From Candidatus Latescibacterota bacterium (GTDB lineage: Bacteria > Latescibacterota > UBA2968 > UBA8231): DNA of 64,000 nucleotides. A program made the position numbers and the translations under genes. Shown piece by piece: positions 31,222-41,178 of the stretch. Under the pieces are notes generated by a model. It was not told the origin of the DNA, did no database searches, and saw nothing but the letters and a program-made list of their open reading frames with translations. Positions within the stretch are counted from its first letter, which is position 1; each line of letters starts with the position of its first letter. The stretch lies in contig OZ242318.1 of NCBI GenBank assembly GCA_965208105.1, forward strand, positions 2,880,001 through 2,944,000. Direction: 5' to 3'.

Positions 31222-32271
31222 TCAACCGCTCAGCACTTCAGTTTCCCGGTCGGCGCCTTCTTGCAGGGGCAGCTCGACCCATGCTGCCTGGCGGGCATGT
31301 GATGCGTGGAAGGCTACAATGGCTTCCAGTGTACGGACCGCGTTCTCCGCCGGGTAAGGAAATGGACTGCCGCCGTCAAGGGAGGCGGCAATCTCAGCTA
31401 CAGCCAGATCCATTGAACCAATCTCGCCGCGCTCTAAATCCTCCTGCCGGCCGTCGCTGTACTCGATTGCTATTTCGGCACCCACCTCCGCCCTGCCTTC
31501 AGTGCCGAAGATGCTGATTCCCGGCGACACCATTCCGTAGTCAGGCGCATGCACCGTCGTCATCAATCCTCCTTCCATGCGCATGACCCCCCAACCGCCC
31601 GGGTCGCGGAATTGATCGCCGCGACAGTCGGGTCTTCCAGCGGGGTCCAGAGTCCCGGAAACGGCCTCGACCTCGAGTCCGGTCAACATGCGGATCGCAT
31701 CGAACGTGTGAGTACCCACGTTGCCCAGGCGCCCGCTGGTCCACTGCGCCGACACCGAGGTCAGCTTGCCAAGCCCGCCTGCGCCTATCAGGCCGCGCAG
31801 GCGGCGGTAGTTTTCCTCGTAGCGCCTGTTGTGGTTAATGGCCAACAGCGTTCCCGCTTTTTCACAGACCTCGACCATGCGCTCTCCGTCCTCGATCCGG
31901 GTTGCGATCGGCTTCTCACAGTAGATTGCGCGAACCCCCCTTTCGGCACATCCAATCGAAATTTCAGCATGCACCGGAGCGTATGTTGCCACGCTGACGA
32001 TGTCCAGATTTTCCCTGTCCAGCATTTCCTTCCAATCGGCGTAGGTACGGGCGCCGCCGGATCGCTTTGCAAAACGCTGACGCCTACCCTCGTCGCGGCT
32101 ACTGCCGGCCACCAGGTCTATCCGTGGATTTTTGGAAAGAGCCGTAAAATGCGTTCCGCCCAGATCCTCGACCCTCTGACCAAGGGCGTCGCCGGAAACC
32201 TGGTCCCCTGCGCCGATGAAACCCAACCCGATTATACCTGCCTTGTAACTTGAATCGACCATACTATTCAC
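31222..32271 (-). CDS. Gfo/Idh/MocA family oxidoreductase
   Basis: GIIGLGFIG, DIVSVAT, CEKP, NHNRR, GTH.FD. Confidence 0.9.
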   Translation of the reverse strand: MNSMVDSSYKAGIIGLGFIGAGDQVSGDALGQRVEDLGGTHFTALSKNPRIDLVAGSSRDEGRRQRFAKRSGGARTYADWKEMLDRENLDIVSVATYAPVHAEISIGCAERGVRAIYCEKPIATRIEDGERMVEVCEKAGTLLAINHNRRYEENYRRLRGLIGAGGLGKLTSVSAQWTSGRLGNVGTHTFDAIRMLTGLEVEAVSGTLDPAGRPDCRGDQFRDPGGWGVMRMEGGLMTTVHAPDYGMVSPGISIFGTEGRAEVGAEIAIEYSDGRQEDLERGEIGSMDLAVAEIAASLDGGSPFPYPAENAVRTLEAIVAFHASHARQAAWVELPLQEGADRETEVLSG

Positions 32272-32336
32272 TCCCTAGACCTTCCAACGCCTGCAACTCA
32301 AATTTCTCGAGACAGATCGGTGCCAAGGTCAATTCC

Positions 32337-33272
32337 TCAACCGATCCGGTTCAGTAAATCCGCCTGCGCATTCAGCACCTCTGCTGTCGATACCTCCCCA
32401 TCTCCCTTCTTGACGCTGCATTTCATCCCGATAAAGACCGGTTGAGAACTGGACTTCAGCGCCGCGGCGCATGCTTCTGCGTCTCCGGCACTGAACCCAC
32501 AATCGGGGTCGAGATGCGAGTTGTGCGTGTCCATGAAGCCGTCCTGCGAGGCGCCGGCACCGGACAAGATCACCCCTTCCAGGGCTACCTTCGATCCCAT
32601 AATCTGATCTACAACGCTCAACGGTTCATCTTCATTGATCAGCAAGCGGCCCCAGTTCAGCATCAGAGAAACCGGGAGACCCGGCAGAGCCTCCCGGTTG
32701 ACCGCAGCAACCACGTGCATGAGCTCGGACAGATTCAGCGAAGCCTTCTTTGACGCGGGAAAGGCAACGGGATGGTCCAGGGGACGGTTGTCCGTCACCT
32801 CCACCGCAAGCCTGCACTTGGGCAGCACCGCAGCCGCTGCCCCGCGTATATCGGCCAGGCTTTGAAAGAAGGCGATGGCATGTGGAATTTTTCCACCACA
32901 GCGCTGTCCAGCATGTACCGCGATATTTCGAATGCGGATACCCTGCCTCGACAAAGAGAGGCACTGCTCCAGGACCGAGCAAACGTCCAGTATAGCTTCC
33001 CGCCTCGGTGCTTCCTCTGTCGAAGAAAGCCCATAGGCCGGGGTCTGCTGTCCAGCTATCGCCCACTGCGTCACCATGGTAACCACCAGCGACGAGGAAA
33101 GCCTCGAAAATACTTCAATCAGTTCCGGAGCAAGCGGTTGGCCCGCCATCAAGGGCAATTCAAAGGCATTGATTCCCCAATCCTCATTTGCCTTGCGATA
33201 CTGTTCGGCCTGCTCGGCAGCCGGCATGGTTGCGATTGAAGCATATGCTCCCAAAACTTTCTCAGCAATCAT
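32337..33272 (-). CDS. Hypothetical TIM-barrel protein, DUF4862-like
   Basis: GAYA N-terminus, YGLSS, NWGR motif; family assignment from recall. Confidence 0.5.
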   Translation of the reverse strand: MIAEKVLGAYASIATMPAAEQAEQYRKANEDWGINAFELPLMAGQPLAPELIEVFSRLSSSLVVTMVTQWAIAGQQTPAYGLSSTEEAPRREAILDVCSVLEQCLSLSRQGIRIRNIAVHAGQRCGGKIPHAIAFFQSLADIRGAAAAVLPKCRLAVEVTDNRPLDHPVAFPASKKASLNLSELMHVVAAVNREALPGLPVSLMLNWGRLLINEDEPLSVVDQIMGSKVALEGVILSGAGASQDGFMDTHNSHLDPDCGFSAGDAEACAAALKSSSQPVFIGMKCSVKKGDGEVSTAEVLNAQADLLNRIG

Positions 33273-33289
33273 TATTCCATTCCTTTCGG

Positions 33290-34150
33290 CTAGGAAACCT
33301 TCAGCATCTGCTCGCCCAATTCCCGGAACAGCCAGGATTTGCTCCTGGCCTGTCTCGCCACCGGATTTGCCTCAGGATCGAATTCGATGTCTGCCGCAAG
33401 CAGTTGCTCCTTGTGGGTAGCATATGCCAATCGAGGCTCGGGACCCTGACCGTATGGGGAAATGATGCGGCTGTTGTTTACGTACTCGCTCCTGCCGGCA
33501 TTGGCGATGACCAGGTGTACGCCGTTATCCATCGCCCTGGTTCGTTGTGCCGTGCACTTGCCCATATACCTCCGCCTGATATCGATCCCGTCGGGATGAA
33601 AGTAATTCGTCGGCTGAAACAGGATACTCGCACCCTTGGCTACCAGGAGGCGAGCAATTTCCGGAGATCTCATATCGGCACAGATGAATATTCCGATCTT
33701 GCCGTAACGCGTATTGAATACGTCGACTTCGGTGCCGTCCTCAAAAACCCCCTCGGACAAAACCTTTCGATACTTTCCTATATATCCTTCGTCCGGGCCC
33801 ACAAGAAAAGCTGTATTGTAGATTTTGTTTGAGCGTTTTTTCCGTTCCACCACGCCAAAGATAATGTACAAATCATTCTTTTTGGACTTGTCTGCGAATA
33901 CCTCTACCATTGGACCAGGGACTGGCTCGGCGTAGACCTCCTCTTTCGGCCGCTTGTTATGAACCCAGTCGAATCCCGTACTGGCGCACTCGGGAAAACA
34001 CAGAATCTCCACACCTCTTTCAGCAGCCTTGTCGCAATAAGACAACGCCTTCTCGATATTTCCCTCCACATCGCCAACAGTAGAAATCATCTGCGCGGCA
34101 CCTGCGCGCACCTTTATGGTCCGAGCACCTTTCTTCCTGACTTCAGCCAT
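33290..34150 (-). CDS. Carbon-nitrogen hydrolase (nitrilase superfamily)
   Basis: E-K-C triad: CFPE, YRK, ICAD. Confidence 0.9.
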   Translation of the reverse strand: MAEVRKKGARTIKVRAGAAQMISTVGDVEGNIEKALSYCDKAAERGVEILCFPECASTGFDWVHNKRPKEEVYAEPVPGPMVEVFADKSKKNDLYIIFGVVERKKRSNKIYNTAFLVGPDEGYIGKYRKVLSEGVFEDGTEVDVFNTRYGKIGIFICADMRSPEIARLLVAKGASILFQPTNYFHPDGIDIRRRYMGKCTAQRTRAMDNGVHLVIANAGRSEYVNNSRIISPYGQGPEPRLAYATHKEQLLAADIEFDPEANPVARQARSKSWLFRELGEQMLKVS

Positions 34151-34166
34151 TCCTCCCACCTCCAAT

Positions 34167-35183
34167 TCAGGACGGCAGCTTCGCATCCAACTCAGCCAAA
34201 AGAGCTACCGCTTTTTTGCGCTTGGCTTCATTGCCATCGCGGGCAATGATCCGCTGCAGGGTGGAACGTGCGTTCTGGTCGCCTCTGGCTGCCATCTCAA
34301 GCCCCATCTGGTCTCGCCTATCGTGATAGCTGTTGTCGTACTCAACTACCTCGAGATCCCAGCGGCGCCAGTAGTACTTCAGCTCGGTGGATGGCCATTC
34401 AGCATAGATTTCTTCCCAGTTTCCGGGCAGGCTGTGCGGTTCGAGGCTGCCGGAAACAATGGGGCCGCTGACCTTCTGATAGCGAGCATCTATCGACATA
34501 CGCAGCTGCTCGCTCGCGTTGGGCAATCCTTTGTGCACCGCCATACTGTGAAAAATGAGCACGTCTCCCTGTTCGAACGGACTACTCACCCAGGTGTCTT
34601 CGAGAGGGTCAATGACTTCCAGGCCTCCCGCTCCAAGGGCGGGACGAAAATCGTACACCCCGCTGCGGTGCGATCCGGAGGCAATCTGCAAACCACCCAT
34701 CTCGGGCGGCGCTGCGCTCAACGGAAACCAGGCCGTATATGTCTCGACCGAGCCCTGAATGGGAATAAAATCCTGATGCGGCGGGGTCGTGTAGGCCTCC
34801 CTCCTCGGAAATATGATCCGGCCGATTATGCGCGGGTGGGGAATCGCAGCCTCTCCCAGCATGCGTTCAAAAAGGCCAATCAGGTTGGGGTGATGCTGTA
34901 TGGCGTGAAACGCCTGGAGCTTGTACAATTGGTGATATACCTGCATGTACTGTGGCTGAGGCTCGACGCAAAAACCGCCGAGATCGGCAAAGGCCTCTTC
35001 CAATGGCCCATCGGCCTTGACCCAACCTACCTCGCGCAGGATTTCGAGCATCTGTATCCGCAGGTCTTCCAGTATTTCCGCCGGCAACAATGCGCGAACG
35101 AAGAGGTATCCATCCCGCTCCATGCGCTCGCGCAACTCTTTTCCATCTCCCAGGACCTCGGTGGAATTGAGAAAAGGTTGCAT
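34167..35183 (-). CDS. Phytanoyl-CoA dioxygenase (PhyH) family 2OG/Fe(II) oxygenase
   Basis: RDGYL, PHQD, GDVLIFH..AVH, R.S.D.RYQ. Confidence 0.88.
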   Translation of the reverse strand: MQPFLNSTEVLGDGKELRERMERDGYLFVRALLPAEILEDLRIQMLEILREVGWVKADGPLEEAFADLGGFCVEPQPQYMQVYHQLYKLQAFHAIQHHPNLIGLFERMLGEAAIPHPRIIGRIIFPRREAYTTPPHQDFIPIQGSVETYTAWFPLSAAPPEMGGLQIASGSHRSGVYDFRPALGAGGLEVIDPLEDTWVSSPFEQGDVLIFHSMAVHKGLPNASEQLRMSIDARYQKVSGPIVSGSLEPHSLPGNWEEIYAEWPSTELKYYWRRWDLEVVEYDNSYHDRRDQMGLEMAARGDQNARSTLQRIIARDGNEAKRKKAVALLAELDAKLPS

Positions 35184-35279
35184 ACGGCTCCTCCTATTGA
35201 AATCGTTAAGGGCTTGTACCCGCTATACGCGAAGAATCCGGCGGACCCCGCCTGGTCTTCTCCCGCCTTTGACCGCCAC

Positions 35280-35591
35280 CTACCTGCTGGCTTTTCTAGG
35301 CAACTTGACCTGACTGACGCCTTTGCTCCCCCCTGGTCTGGCAACCCGGGATTTGGATTTCTTGCCCTTGCTCCTGCGACGGGTTTCCACATCGGCCTGG
35401 GCTTCTGCCTCCTCATCCCGGGCATCCTCACGCGGCTTCTCCTGCGAGATTTTTGATTGGGCAAGGGCGTTATGAGCCGTCTCCTCGTCCTCCGCCAGGT
35501 GACACCTCTTGTATTTCTTTCCGGAGCCGCAGGGACACAAATCGTTCCTGCCGGTTTCTTTCAGACGCTTCGCATAGTCCATGTTCGCCAT
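35280..35591 (-). CDS. SEC-C motif protein
   Basis: GRNDLCPCGSGKKYKRCH followed by a charged tail. Confidence 0.8.
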   Translation of the reverse strand: MANMDYAKRLKETGRNDLCPCGSGKKYKRCHLAEDEETAHNALAQSKISQEKPREDARDEEAEAQADVETRRRSKGKKSKSRVARPGGSKGVSQVKLPRKASR

Positions 35592-35660
35592 GCAGCTACC
35601 CTCTTCTGAAAAGGAGATGCGTCCACTTGCCGACACTTCCGGGGAGCGGGGGGCATCCAA

Positions 35661-36674
35661 TCAAGGCGCCAAATCCACCACTACGCGCCCCACCTGCTTC
35701 CCCTGCAGAATTCGTTCGATTTCGCCATCCAGTTCTTCCAGCGAGCACATTGAGAACAGGCGCTCCGGATCATCGACCTTCCACTCTTGGGAAATTTTCT
35801 GCCAGATCTTCAATCGCTCCGGCATCGGGCAACTGGTGGAATCGATGCCGAAAAGGCTGATTCCCCGCAAAATAAACGGAAAAACCGTGACCGGCAGTTC
35901 CGGAGAAGCTACCAGCCCGCAGCAAGCGGCGGCGCCACCAACCTTCATGGACCGGAGCGCCGTAGCCAAAATTGGACCCCCAACCACGTCGACCACTCCA
36001 GCCCAGCGCGTGCTCAAAAGGGGAGACCCTGCTGTATCCTCGTTCAACAGGTCTCTGGGTAAAACCTTTGCGGCACCGAGGCGGGTGAGAAACTCCACCT
36101 GGTCCAACTTTCCGGTCGCGGCAACTACTTCGTAGCCTTCCTGAGCCAGCATGGCGACCGCCATACAGCCAACTCCCCCCGTTGCGCCCGTGACCAGTAT
36201 CTCCCCCATTTCAGGGGAGATTCCCGATCCCTGCAGCTTGAGAAGGGAAAGTGCTGCCGTAAAGCCGGCGGTGCCGTAGACCATGCTCTCCTTCAGCGAA
36301 AGGTTTTCGGGCAGTGGAACCACCCAGGCAGCCGGCACGCGGATGCGCTGTCCAAACCCGCCTGGCGTGTTCGAACCCAGGTCGAACCCCGTGACCACCA
36401 CCTTGTCTCCAGGATTGAATTGGTCGCTCTCACTCTCCTCCACTATTCCCGAAGCATCTATACCGGGGGTGTGGGGGTAATTTTTTGTGACCCCTTTATG
36501 CCCCACGGCCGAGAGTCCGTCCTTGTAGTTGAGCGATGAAAAGCAGACCCGGATCAATACTTCACCAGCTGGCAGATCGTCTGTTGAGCGATCGAGGATC
36601 TGGCGCGAAAATCTACCAACCCCCACCTCCTCTACGACCAGAGCTCTATATGATTTCAGTGTCGACTTGTTCAC
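35661..36674 (-). CDS. YhdH/AcuI family quinone oxidoreductase (acryloyl-CoA reductase-like)
   Basis: SSLNYKD, PGID, YGTAGFTA, VTGATGGVG, PFILRG. Confidence 0.9.
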   Translation of the reverse strand: MNKSTLKSYRALVVEEVGVGRFSRQILDRSTDDLPAGEVLIRVCFSSLNYKDGLSAVGHKGVTKNYPHTPGIDASGIVEESESDQFNPGDKVVVTGFDLGSNTPGGFGQRIRVPAAWVVPLPENLSLKESMVYGTAGFTAALSLLKLQGSGISPEMGEILVTGATGGVGCMAVAMLAQEGYEVVAATGKLDQVEFLTRLGAAKVLPRDLLNEDTAGSPLLSTRWAGVVDVVGGPILATALRSMKVGGAAACCGLVASPELPVTVFPFILRGISLFGIDSTSCPMPERLKIWQKISQEWKVDDPERLFSMCSLEELDGEIERILQGKQVGRVVVDLAP

Positions 36675-37891
36675 GCTGCCGCTTCTTTCCTATCCTTGCT
36701 CGCCGCCTGCCTTCCCGCCTCGCCAACCCCCCGCGCGTACCCTGGGTCCATCCACAGGGCAACGGCTTCCTTTTCGTAGCCGCCCCTCGTCCTCAAGCCG
36801 CCCACCTGATCCATCGATAACCATTCCGACTGCAATTCACCTGCCCTCAACGGGGACAGGTCCTCCAGGGAATGGGCGAATACCCGGCACAACTGCCCAT
36901 CCTCCGCAAAGTCTCCGATATAGCTCATCCAGGGGACCTCCAGGCCGAGCATCGCTTCGGCGATTTTTTGGGTGGGGCCTACGAGGTTGACCTGTGGTGA
37001 CACCCGGTGCTCGGGAGGGAGAGAGCCGCCAGGCAGCGACCATCTCCCATCCTGGCCGCGCACGAACAGGAACTGCTCATCCCGCTCCAGCAGCAGGCGC
37101 ACCTCGCCGATGAGGCAGTCGCCGTAGTGCGGCAGCAGGGAATTGCCCCTGCACCTGATCTTCTCATGTGCCCGACTGCTGAAAAGGTCGGGGCCGCTGG
37201 CCGGTGGTGCATTGAGGGCGCGGTACTTGTTGTAGATCCCATAGCGCTCCCGCTGCGAGAGGTTCGGCCCTGCCTGGTGCCAGGTAAACATGTTCATCAG
37301 AAGCAGATCTCCCCGCCTGAGCCTGGCGTCTTCCGGTGCGGCGATCTGGTCAGCACGCGACCGCTCAACGCGCCAGACCCGGCCAGCGCGAACCTTGCGG
37401 CTGAATTTGAAGGAACCAGGTGAAACGGCGAGGGCTCCAATCTCTTCGTCCAGGTCCACCAGAGGGGCAATGGAAAAGAGCCAGTTTAGAGAGGACCCGG
37501 CCTGCTGATAGGTCTTGTAATCCTGATGGGCCGTGGGGTGCGATCCTTCGTAGTCTCCCGCTGTACCTCTGGCCCCAGGCGTCTTGAGATAGGCCACACT
37601 CGCCGACAGAGCCACCGGACCGCCCAGTAGACTCTCCGCCGCCGAGACGACAAAAGGATGGGCGGCAATGTAGGCCAGTCCCGGGTCTTCGATGTAGCGA
37701 CCATCGACCGTAAATTGAGTAGCCGGCGCAGGATAAGGCTTTTTGCGAACCTCGATATCAGTGCGCTTAACGGAACGAATCACGCCCTCGGCTATTTGCC
37801 CCAATTCCCCTTCCGAAAAGAGGTTGCGCACTATGACGAAACCTTGTTCTTCGTACTCCCGGATCTGGTCCCGGCTAAGCCCAGGTGCCAT
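36671..37891 (-). CDS. PhyH family dioxygenase with C-terminal Nudix-like domain
   Basis: EQGFV, AHQD, GDLLL...WH; C-terminus FLFVR...WSLPGG. Confidence 0.75.
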   Translation of the reverse strand: MAPGLSRDQIREYEEQGFVIVRNLFSEGELGQIAEGVIRSVKRTDIEVRKKPYPAPATQFTVDGRYIEDPGLAYIAAHPFVVSAAESLLGGPVALSASVAYLKTPGARGTAGDYEGSHPTAHQDYKTYQQAGSSLNWLFSIAPLVDLDEEIGALAVSPGSFKFSRKVRAGRVWRVERSRADQIAAPEDARLRRGDLLLMNMFTWHQAGPNLSQRERYGIYNKYRALNAPPASGPDLFSSRAHEKIRCRGNSLLPHYGDCLIGEVRLLLERDEQFLFVRGQDGRWSLPGGSLPPEHRVSPQVNLVGPTQKIAEAMLGLEVPWMSYIGDFAEDGQLCRVFAHSLEDLSPLRAGELQSEWLSMDQVGGLRTRGGYEKEAVALWMDPGYARGVGEAGRQAASKDRKEAAA

Positions 37892-37972
37892 CTTTGACTC
37901 CCGTCCTCATTTTTGCAAGTATCCCTTTCTCCCGCGCCCCCCGCGACACTGCCACGTCCCTGCTTTCTACCT

Positions 37973-38665
37973 CTACTTCCCCTCGATCATCCCTAGGACG
38001 AACTCCGCGGTCTTGCTTACCGCCGCTGCCGCCATCGCGCGGCCCTGCTCTGCACTTGCCAGCAGAGGCTCCCTGTCTTCCTGCTCCCGCATGGCGTCGT
38101 GGCGCACGTTCTCGGGGAAAAGGGCAAGGGCGAAGGCCGTCTCATACTCCTGTGCATGTCCAGGCACCGAGCTACTGCAATGCTGCTCTGCAATATCCCG
38201 GCTCAGGTCCCAGTAGGATTGAAACTGCAAATCGATTTCGGGGTCGACGGAATTAAAGTAAAGGTCCCACTGAGGCTTGACCCCTTCCACGGGAGCCACA
38301 TTGCCCCCGTGGCCATTCAGGATCAGGACCTTCCTGATTCCGTGCCGCACCAGGCTTTCCACGGCGTCGAAAAGGACGGCCAGCCAAGACCCCGGCTTGG
38401 CCGTTATGGTGCCCTTTTGGACCATGTGGTGCTCGGATATGCCGACTGCCATGGGTACGCTCACGATCACCTGGGGATAAAGAAGCTTTGCCGCCTCCCT
38501 GGCCACGTAGGTCGAAGAAGCGATATCGTGCTCCATTGCCAGGTGCTCCAGGTGCTGTTCGTTGCTCCCGGTGGGAATAATCGCCGCCTGGAATTTGCCC
38601 TGTTCCAGGGCTTGGCGGAATTCCCGCCGCGTCAACTTGGCCAGCATTACCTCTCGGTTGGTCAT
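37973..38665 (-). CDS. Creatininase family amidohydrolase
   Basis: PTGSNEQH.EHL...D, GISEHH, NGHGGN, GHA.EYET. Confidence 0.9.
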   Translation of the reverse strand: MTNREVMLAKLTRREFRQALEQGKFQAAIIPTGSNEQHLEHLAMEHDIASSTYVAREAAKLLYPQVIVSVPMAVGISEHHMVQKGTITAKPGSWLAVLFDAVESLVRHGIRKVLILNGHGGNVAPVEGVKPQWDLYFNSVDPEIDLQFQSYWDLSRDIAEQHCSSSVPGHAQEYETAFALALFPENVRHDAMREQEDREPLLASAEQGRAMAAAAVSKTAEFVLGMIEGK

Positions 38666-38745
38666 GATTCTCTCCGCCTATCTATTTCTGGGGAAACCGG
38701 AAGAAAATTATATCTTCTGTCCACAGGCCTGTCAAAATCTTCCTC

Positions 38746-41178
38746 TTACGGGCGGGTTGCCGGGGCTAATTTCCCGAAAAGTACAGCCGCGAGCGCGTAT
38801 AGTAAAAGAGCGCCCGTCCCTGCGGCATGCAAGCCCCAGGTCATGGCCACCGCAGTGGCCAGTGGGGGAGCAAGAACCGAGGCAAAGCCATTTACCCCCC
38901 ATGCCCACGGCAAAAGGGCCGGATAGCGGTGCTGCAGGCACCTCAGCGCGAGTGGCATCGGCATACCCATCAAAAACCCCAGAGGTGCAATCGCCAGCAC
39001 TGCGACCAAAATACGCGCTTCCTCCGGGAACAGGCCTGCCCAAGCCACAACCCGTTCCACCATCCATATTTCCACTAATCCCGCCAGGATCAGGCATGTA
39101 AACAGATATCGCACCTTTCCCTCCTGCAACCTTCCCATGGCATGCACTGCCAAACTTCCCGCGCCGGAGAACAGAAGGAATCCCCCAAGGGTCGCCGCTC
39201 CGGCCTGCACCGGATCTCCGATCAGGTGAATCATATGCGAGAGCGTAGAGACCTGGAGGGTCAGGTAGGCCAGGCCAATGGCCGCAAAATAGGCCGCGGT
39301 AATCCACCGTCCTGCCGCCCCGCGAATCTCCGCTACCAGTCCGATGGGCAACAGGGTCATCAGAGCTCCACTCATGGCGGCGGCCGCGATCGCGGCAAAT
39401 ACGAAAATCAACCCCAACTCGGTGCGCGTCAGCCAGAGATTGCCAAAGGTCTCCCGCAATAATCCAATGGAATCCAGTTTGCCGAAATGGGCAAAATACG
39501 GCCGCATATCGGTAGCCGGGCGAATTTCGAAGGGCCACTTCTCGAAAAGCTCCTCTCCCCTGGTGGTAACCAGTTGCCCGATCACGTAATGCAGCCAGTC
39601 TCCGCTGGAGCCCGGAGGCCCTGGCAACTGGTCAGGGCGATTCAGCTCTTCGGGACCAATTCCAGCAAAGTAGACAGGCGTCAATTGCCTCTCGGCGCAC
39701 AGCCGGCGCACCGAGTCGAGCTCTGCAGAAGTCCACGGAGTGGTTTTGACCATAGTACAGGCAGCGAGAAAGTCCCGCACCACGACCAGGTGTCTGCCGG
39801 CCTGATCGACGCCGAGTCGGCGCAAGGCCTCCACCAGAGTCGCCGCCAGCTTTGCATTGTCTCTGGGGGGAAATTGAATGCCGCGGCCCACGGCCAGGAT
39901 CCCATCGGGAGAAAGCCGCCGCAAACAGGCGGCCAGCCCTTCGACCGTAACCAGGTAGTCGTGTCGCAGGCCGCCCACCCCGCCTTGATCAGCAGCCCAC
40001 GACTCCAGCCCCGCCAGCTGAATCAGATCAAACCGAGCCTGGCTGAAGCCAACAAAGTGGCGCGGCTCGACAAAGTTAAGGGAGACCTCGGGCCTGGAGA
40101 AAATTCTACCCCCCTGGCCTTCAAGAGGTCCGCGCAGAAGTTGAATCAAATTCTCGTTCGACTGGACGACCTCGATGGAGGGCGCCTGGTTGCGAACAGC
40201 CAGCCAGATGTTGGCACCGCCCGCCTCGCCCAAGAGCAGCACCCGGGGTCCGGGAGGAAGAAATGCGTAGGGGACCGACATCAGGGTTTGTTCCACGACC
40301 CGAGCCTCCTCCGCATCCGCCACCTGCAGGACAGAGCCGGCCCAGTGACCGTCCACTACCAGAGAGAGCATCGAGGGAGGGCTCTCTCCTGTCGAGAGAA
40401 AAGGCAATTCGTGGAACACAGACCCTCCATAGACCTCCACCTGGCCGCGCGGACCATAGGCTCGGGCTATTCTCTCTGCCTTTCCAGCGGCGCAGAGACG
40501 CTCGACATAGGTCTGATATTTGAACGAATCTACTCTGATCTTCGGTGGGTCCAACCCGAGCCACAACACATTGCCCGCAACACAAAGGATTACGGCGAAG
40601 TGGCCGCGCAGAGAATGCCGGAAGGCCAGGGGAAGCGCTCCCGCCAGTGCCAGTCCTCCCAAACTGGCACCCAGCCATGCCGGCGGCGCATGGTGCATCA
40701 GTAGGGAGGAAAAAATCGCACCCAAGGCACTGCCCGCCAAATTGGTGGCGTAGACTGCGGGCAGACCCTTTCCCGCCATCATCAGCGCCAGTCCAATCGC
40801 CATGGCGCCAAGCAGGAACGGCACAAAGAAAACCGCCCAATAGAGTCCCCATGACAGGATCTGCCGGGCCAATAGCGGGGGTAGAAAGCGTGCCTCCGCA
40901 GGCACGTGCTCCGCCAGTTGCACCGAAGCGGGCATGGACGCAGCTGTAGCTATGACCAGAGAAAAAAAAACAAAATCGCCTCTGGGCAGCACCCAGCGCC
41001 GCAGCAGGCACAGAGCCGTCCCACTGGCGCCAAACCCCAGGAGGGCAATGCTGATTACGAAAAAGGCGAAATGGTGCCAGCTGGCGTAGAGCAGCATGCG
41101 CATGAGCGCGATCTCAAACCCCAGAAGGCTGCAGGAGAGAATCCCCACCGGCCAAAGAAGACGAAAACTGGAGTTCAA
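38746..41178 (-). CDS. Membrane protein with spermidine-synthase-like domain
   Basis: N- and C-terminal TM bundles (ISIALLGFGASG, WAWGVNG), central VLLLGEAGG/FDLIQ, PATDMRPYF. Confidence 0.75.
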   Translation of the reverse strand: MNSSFRLLWPVGILSCSLLGFEIALMRMLLYASWHHFAFFVISIALLGFGASGTALCLLRRWVLPRGDFVFFSLVIATAASMPASVQLAEHVPAEARFLPPLLARQILSWGLYWAVFFVPFLLGAMAIGLALMMAGKGLPAVYATNLAGSALGAIFSSLLMHHAPPAWLGASLGGLALAGALPLAFRHSLRGHFAVILCVAGNVLWLGLDPPKIRVDSFKYQTYVERLCAAGKAERIARAYGPRGQVEVYGGSVFHELPFLSTGESPPSMLSLVVDGHWAGSVLQVADAEEARVVEQTLMSVPYAFLPPGPRVLLLGEAGGANIWLAVRNQAPSIEVVQSNENLIQLLRGPLEGQGGRIFSRPEVSLNFVEPRHFVGFSQARFDLIQLAGLESWAADQGGVGGLRHDYLVTVEGLAACLRRLSPDGILAVGRGIQFPPRDNAKLAATLVEALRRLGVDQAGRHLVVVRDFLAACTMVKTTPWTSAELDSVRRLCAERQLTPVYFAGIGPEELNRPDQLPGPPGSSGDWLHYVIGQLVTTRGEELFEKWPFEIRPATDMRPYFAHFGKLDSIGLLRETFGNLWLTRTELGLIFVFAAIAAAAMSGALMTLLPIGLVAEIRGAAGRWITAAYFAAIGLAYLTLQVSTLSHMIHLIGDPVQAGAATLGGFLLFSGAGSLAVHAMGRLQEGKVRYLFTCLILAGLVEIWMVERVVAWAGLFPEEARILVAVLAIAPLGFLMGMPMPLALRCLQHRYPALLPWAWGVNGFASVLAPPLATAVAMTWGLHAAGTGALLLYALAAVLFGKLAPATRP

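Noticed and set aside
34116-35456. 446-aa plus-strand ORF
   Set aside because: Antisense to the PhyH and SEC-C genes, which carry clear motifs.
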